In this document: positions 27,077 through 29,625 of the stretch, piece after piece
Numbering within the stretch: position 1 is the stretch's first letter
Layout of the letters: every line of letters starts with the position of its first letter
Origin: a virus
Lineage: Duplodnaviria; Caudoviricetes
Reading direction: 5' to 3' (one strand)
Virus record (IMG/VR): IMGVR_UViG_3300048878_000309
Span: 1-29,625 of that record
DNA length: 29,625 nt
Program-made: the position numbers and the translations under genes
Notes under the pieces: generated by a model
Databases searched by the model: none
Told to the model about the DNA's origin: nothing
Seen by the model: the letters and a program-made list of their open reading frames with translations, nothing else

Positions 27077-27738
27077 TACCGTACTGCTCGCGAACCGGGA
27101 CGCTGTCGACACTCGCCAAGCTGGCCGCTAGTCCTGTGGGGTGGCGCCTGCTGGTGTGTGCCACCGGGCGCTGGTACCACCACGGGTTTGCCTACGGGGT
27201 GGACAACGGAGCGTGGACCGCACACAACCAAGGGAAGCCCTTCGATGAGGAGGCGTTCCTGGGAGTGCTGGAGTGGAGCCGGGCGCAGCATAGGCCGGAC
27301 TGGATTGTCGTCCCGGATATTCTGGGGTCGCCGAGCTCGCTGGACTTCTCGCGGGAGTGGCTGGACCAGGTGGAGCGGTACACGCACCTGCCGCTGGTGG
27401 CTGTCCAGGACGGGATGAAGGGCGCCGATGTGGAGGACCTCGCCGAGAAAGGATGCGGGATATTTCTGGGGGGGACTACCAAATACAAGGTGGAGAACAT
27501 CGGGATGTGGGGGGACTTCTGCCGGGAGAAGGGGGTCTACTACCACGTGGGAAGGGTGAACTCGCAGCGGAGGATAAGGATGTGCGCCGCGGCTGGGGCC
27601 GACTCCGTGGATGGGACCTCCGTGGCACGGTTCCCGTCGACGCTTAGGAAGCTGGATAATGCGCTAACGCAGGGGGAGCTCTTTGTGGATGGTCAGGTGG
27701 TGGGGGGCTTGGGGGGTCTGGGGGGAGTGCGGGAGTAG
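27073..27738 (+). CDS. Compact TGT/DpdA-fold base-exchange transglycosylase (putative)
   Basis: DNGAW, VVPD, VAVQDG, IFLGG, HVGRV and DSVDGT follow the order of the TGT motifs DSGG, D, VQG, IGG, H and D.FD. TTGA-coupled to queD. Confidence 0.7.
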   Translation: MIPYCSRTGTLSTLAKLAASPVGWRLLVCATGRWYHHGFAYGVDNGAWTAHNQGKPFDEEAFLGVLEWSRAQHRPDWIVVPDILGSPSSLDFSREWLDQVERYTHLPLVAVQDGMKGADVEDLAEKGCGIFLGGTTKYKVENIGMWGDFCREKGVYYHVGRVNSQRRIRMCAAAGADSVDGTSVARFPSTLRKLDNALTQGELFVDGQVVGGLGGLGGVRE

Positions 27739-28079
27739 GGGCTGGTGGGAGTGGAGCCGGGGCCGTAGATCTCCAAGGGGCAGCTTAAAACGCCCAGCTG
27801 GGGGTGGCAGCCGCGACCGTAGGTTCTGCGCTCGTGGTCGATGATGCGCTCTATCTGGTGAAGGAAAAGAGCGTCGTCTGCTGGCAGCTGTACCTGCTTG
27901 CAGCGGGGGCAGTGGCGGGTGGTTTCGTAGTAGGCGAACGAGCCGTAGTACCAGCGGTGGCCCGTGAAACGGCAGGGGACAAAGTCGAGGAAGAGGGTGG
28001 TTAGGTTGCGGATGATTGCGGCAAGGTCGAGGGTTAGGTTGCGGGAGAGGGTGGTTAGGTAGTGGAAGGGGTTACGCAT
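27693..28079 (-). CDS. Hypothetical protein with C-x4-H..CxxC zinc-binding motif
   Basis: ATG at 28079 overlaps the integrase end; CRFTGHRW...CPRC. Confidence 0.6.
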   Translation of the reverse strand: MRNPFHYLTTLSRNLTLDLAAIIRNLTTLFLDFVPCRFTGHRWYYGSFAYYETTRHCPRCKQVQLPADDALFLHQIERIIDHERRTYGRGCHPQLGVLSCPLEIYGPGSTPTSPYSRTPPRPPKPPTT

Positions 28080-29253
28080 TGGTGAAGGCCAGTCCTGCAA
28101 TGACGGTTAGCCATTTATGCTGTTCGGCGAGGTGGAAGTCCGGGTCCATCGCCATGTAACGCTGGGTCATGGTTGCTGGGCCGTTCGCTGCCTCAGTGTG
28201 GGAGAGGATTAGAGCGACTATCTTTTCAGGGCAGCCGGCCAGACCGAGGTTGTGGGCCACCGTGTAACGGAGGCTGTGGAGCTTGACGCCCAAAGTACTG
28301 AAGTAGACAGAGACAGCCGTGCGGTCCTGCCGGCACAGACCAGGGAAATAGAAGCCGCGGGGGCATGGGGTCAGGGTCCCCAACACTTCCAAGGCCCGGT
28401 CACTCAAGGCCAGGCTGTGGGCTCTCGCGTTTTTCTTGCGGTGGCCACCCATCGAGACGAACGGCACCGGCTCGTCCGGGTAGATCTCCTTCTTGTTCAA
28501 TTGGCGGGCCTCGTCACGACGCATCCCAGTAAGGAGGATGAAACGAGCGTAGGCCAGACGCTCAAGGCGGAGGGCATGCTGGGTGTGGCCGGGGGGTGCC
28601 TTTATTGCACGCATCTCTAGAGTGTCGATCAAGTCTACCACCTGCGCCTGGGGGGTGTAGGGGACCTGGGGGCGCTCGGATATTTTGAATATGGCGTTGG
28701 AACCGCGGAACTGCTTTGCGTGGTCGAGGAACTCGCGGGCGGGGTTGCGCTTCAAGGCAGTGTTGAGCAGGCCCCAGGAATAGGCGCGGGCTAAGAGGGT
28801 CACGAGCTTCTTTATGGAGGCGTCTTTTAAGGTGCCGTGGCGCTGGATTTGGTCGACCGCGTGGGCAACGTGGCGGGCGCTGACATGGCGAGCCTCAGCA
28901 GGGAGCAAAGGGAGCAGGCGCTTGTGGACCATCTTGGAGAGCTCAGTTACGGAGAAGTTGTCGCAGTGGTCTACCAAGGCGTCCAGCAGGTTTGCTGTCG
29001 AAGGGAGGATGAAGTTTTCCGGGGAACGGTTGACCAGGAGATTCGAGGCAGCGACGTAGGCGTCGTCCAGGTTCATTGCAGGGAAGTAGCCGATGACTCT
29101 GTTGATGCTTGTGTCGTCTAATTCGACCTCCATTCGGAAGCATTTCATGCCGGTCGGATGGACTTCTAAGTACAATCCGGGGATTTCTGTGCAATATTGT
29201 GTGGCTTTTTTGGGGCTTGGGAGGCCGGGGATGGTTGAGGCGGTGAGGTGCAT
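28072..29253 (-). CDS. int: Tyrosine integrase with P4-like N-terminal arm-binding domain
   Basis: GLYLEVHPTG.K.F..IGYFP.MNL.DA arm domain; catalytic TGMR, K, HSLR, LSH, RY. ATG at 29253 with GGAG RBS. Confidence 0.9.
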   Translation of the reverse strand: MHLTASTIPGLPSPKKATQYCTEIPGLYLEVHPTGMKCFRMEVELDDTSINRVIGYFPAMNLDDAYVAASNLLVNRSPENFILPSTANLLDALVDHCDNFSVTELSKMVHKRLLPLLPAEARHVSARHVAHAVDQIQRHGTLKDASIKKLVTLLARAYSWGLLNTALKRNPAREFLDHAKQFRGSNAIFKISERPQVPYTPQAQVVDLIDTLEMRAIKAPPGHTQHALRLERLAYARFILLTGMRRDEARQLNKKEIYPDEPVPFVSMGGHRKKNARAHSLALSDRALEVLGTLTPCPRGFYFPGLCRQDRTAVSVYFSTLGVKLHSLRYTVAHNLGLAGCPEKIVALILSHTEAANGPATMTQRYMAMDPDFHLAEQHKWLTVIAGLAFTNA

Positions 29254-29502
29254 TTTTTGTGTTCTCCATGTGTTTTTGGTCTGAGTCAGCCCGAAAATTG
29301 TAGGGTGGGATGACAAATTGTACAGAATGTACATGATTACATGCAAAAGTGGAAGTAAGCAACCCGTCAAATCAACGTCTGCGGAGTTTTTTTCTGGAAA
29401 TCGGTGTGTGCAAAAATATGTGTGAAATTTGAGAGAGAGCCTTCGGCGCCGCGCACTTATTTCCGGCTCTTTACGATCCGTACAAAGTATTTACCAGTCT
29501 CT

Positions 29503-29549
29503 ATAATAATAATAATAAATTGTTAATAATAATAATAATAATAATAATA
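29503..29549. repeat. (TAA)n microsatellite, two tracts
   Basis: ATAATAATAATAATAAATTGTTAATAATAATAATAATAATAATAATA, read directly. Confidence 0.95.
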
Positions 29550-29625
29550 GGTACTTAGGGTTTGGGAAATGTGTACAATTGTGCAAAAAGTTTTGGAGGA
29601 TTGAGGGTATTTTGGGGGGGAGGGT

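Larger units (their letters stand above)
1..29625. mobile_element. Temperate podovirus-type phage or prophage (partial)
   Basis: Portal-scaffold-capsid-adaptor-nozzle-ejection gene order with no tape measure, plus integrase and AlpA. No host housekeeping genes. Confidence 0.9.

Noticed and set aside
29254-29370. N-terminal extension of the integrase
   Set aside because: The arm-binding domain and a good RBS point to ATG 29253.
29555-29566. TTAGGGTTTGGG as a telomere-like repeat or genome terminus
   Set aside because: Only two imperfect units in a G-skewed region, and I found no direct or inverted match between the two window ends.

Overview
Most of the genome of a temperate, short-tailed (podovirus-type) phage or prophage, roughly 60% GC by eye, probably infecting a Gram-negative host. 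The + strand from 1 to 19081 holds the virion and lysis operon: portal, scaffold, major capsid, adaptor, nozzle, four internal/ejection proteins, a LamG tail fibre, a lipoprotein and holin-like genes. The - strand from 19184 to 25991 holds an M15A peptidoglycan peptidase, VRR-NUC nuclease, Cas4-like exonuclease, SSB-like protein, annealase, DUF927 helicase, Prim-Pol and AlpA. An oppositely oriented cassette at 26087-27738 encodes QueD and a compact TGT/DpdA-fold protein, a candidate minimal 7-deazaguanine modification system. A P4-like tyrosine integrase and an AT-rich, repeat-rich non-coding end follow. I see no terminase, repressor, tRNA or CRISPR array. The most notable observations are the QueD + mini-TGT cassette, an A10 slippery site that can fuse a holin-like gene to a tail ending in a beta-signal-like motif, a LamG domain nested inside another LamG domain, an S74 autoprotease on an ejection-region protein, and several RNA hairpins over start sites. 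All family calls come from motif recognition by eye; no database searches were run.
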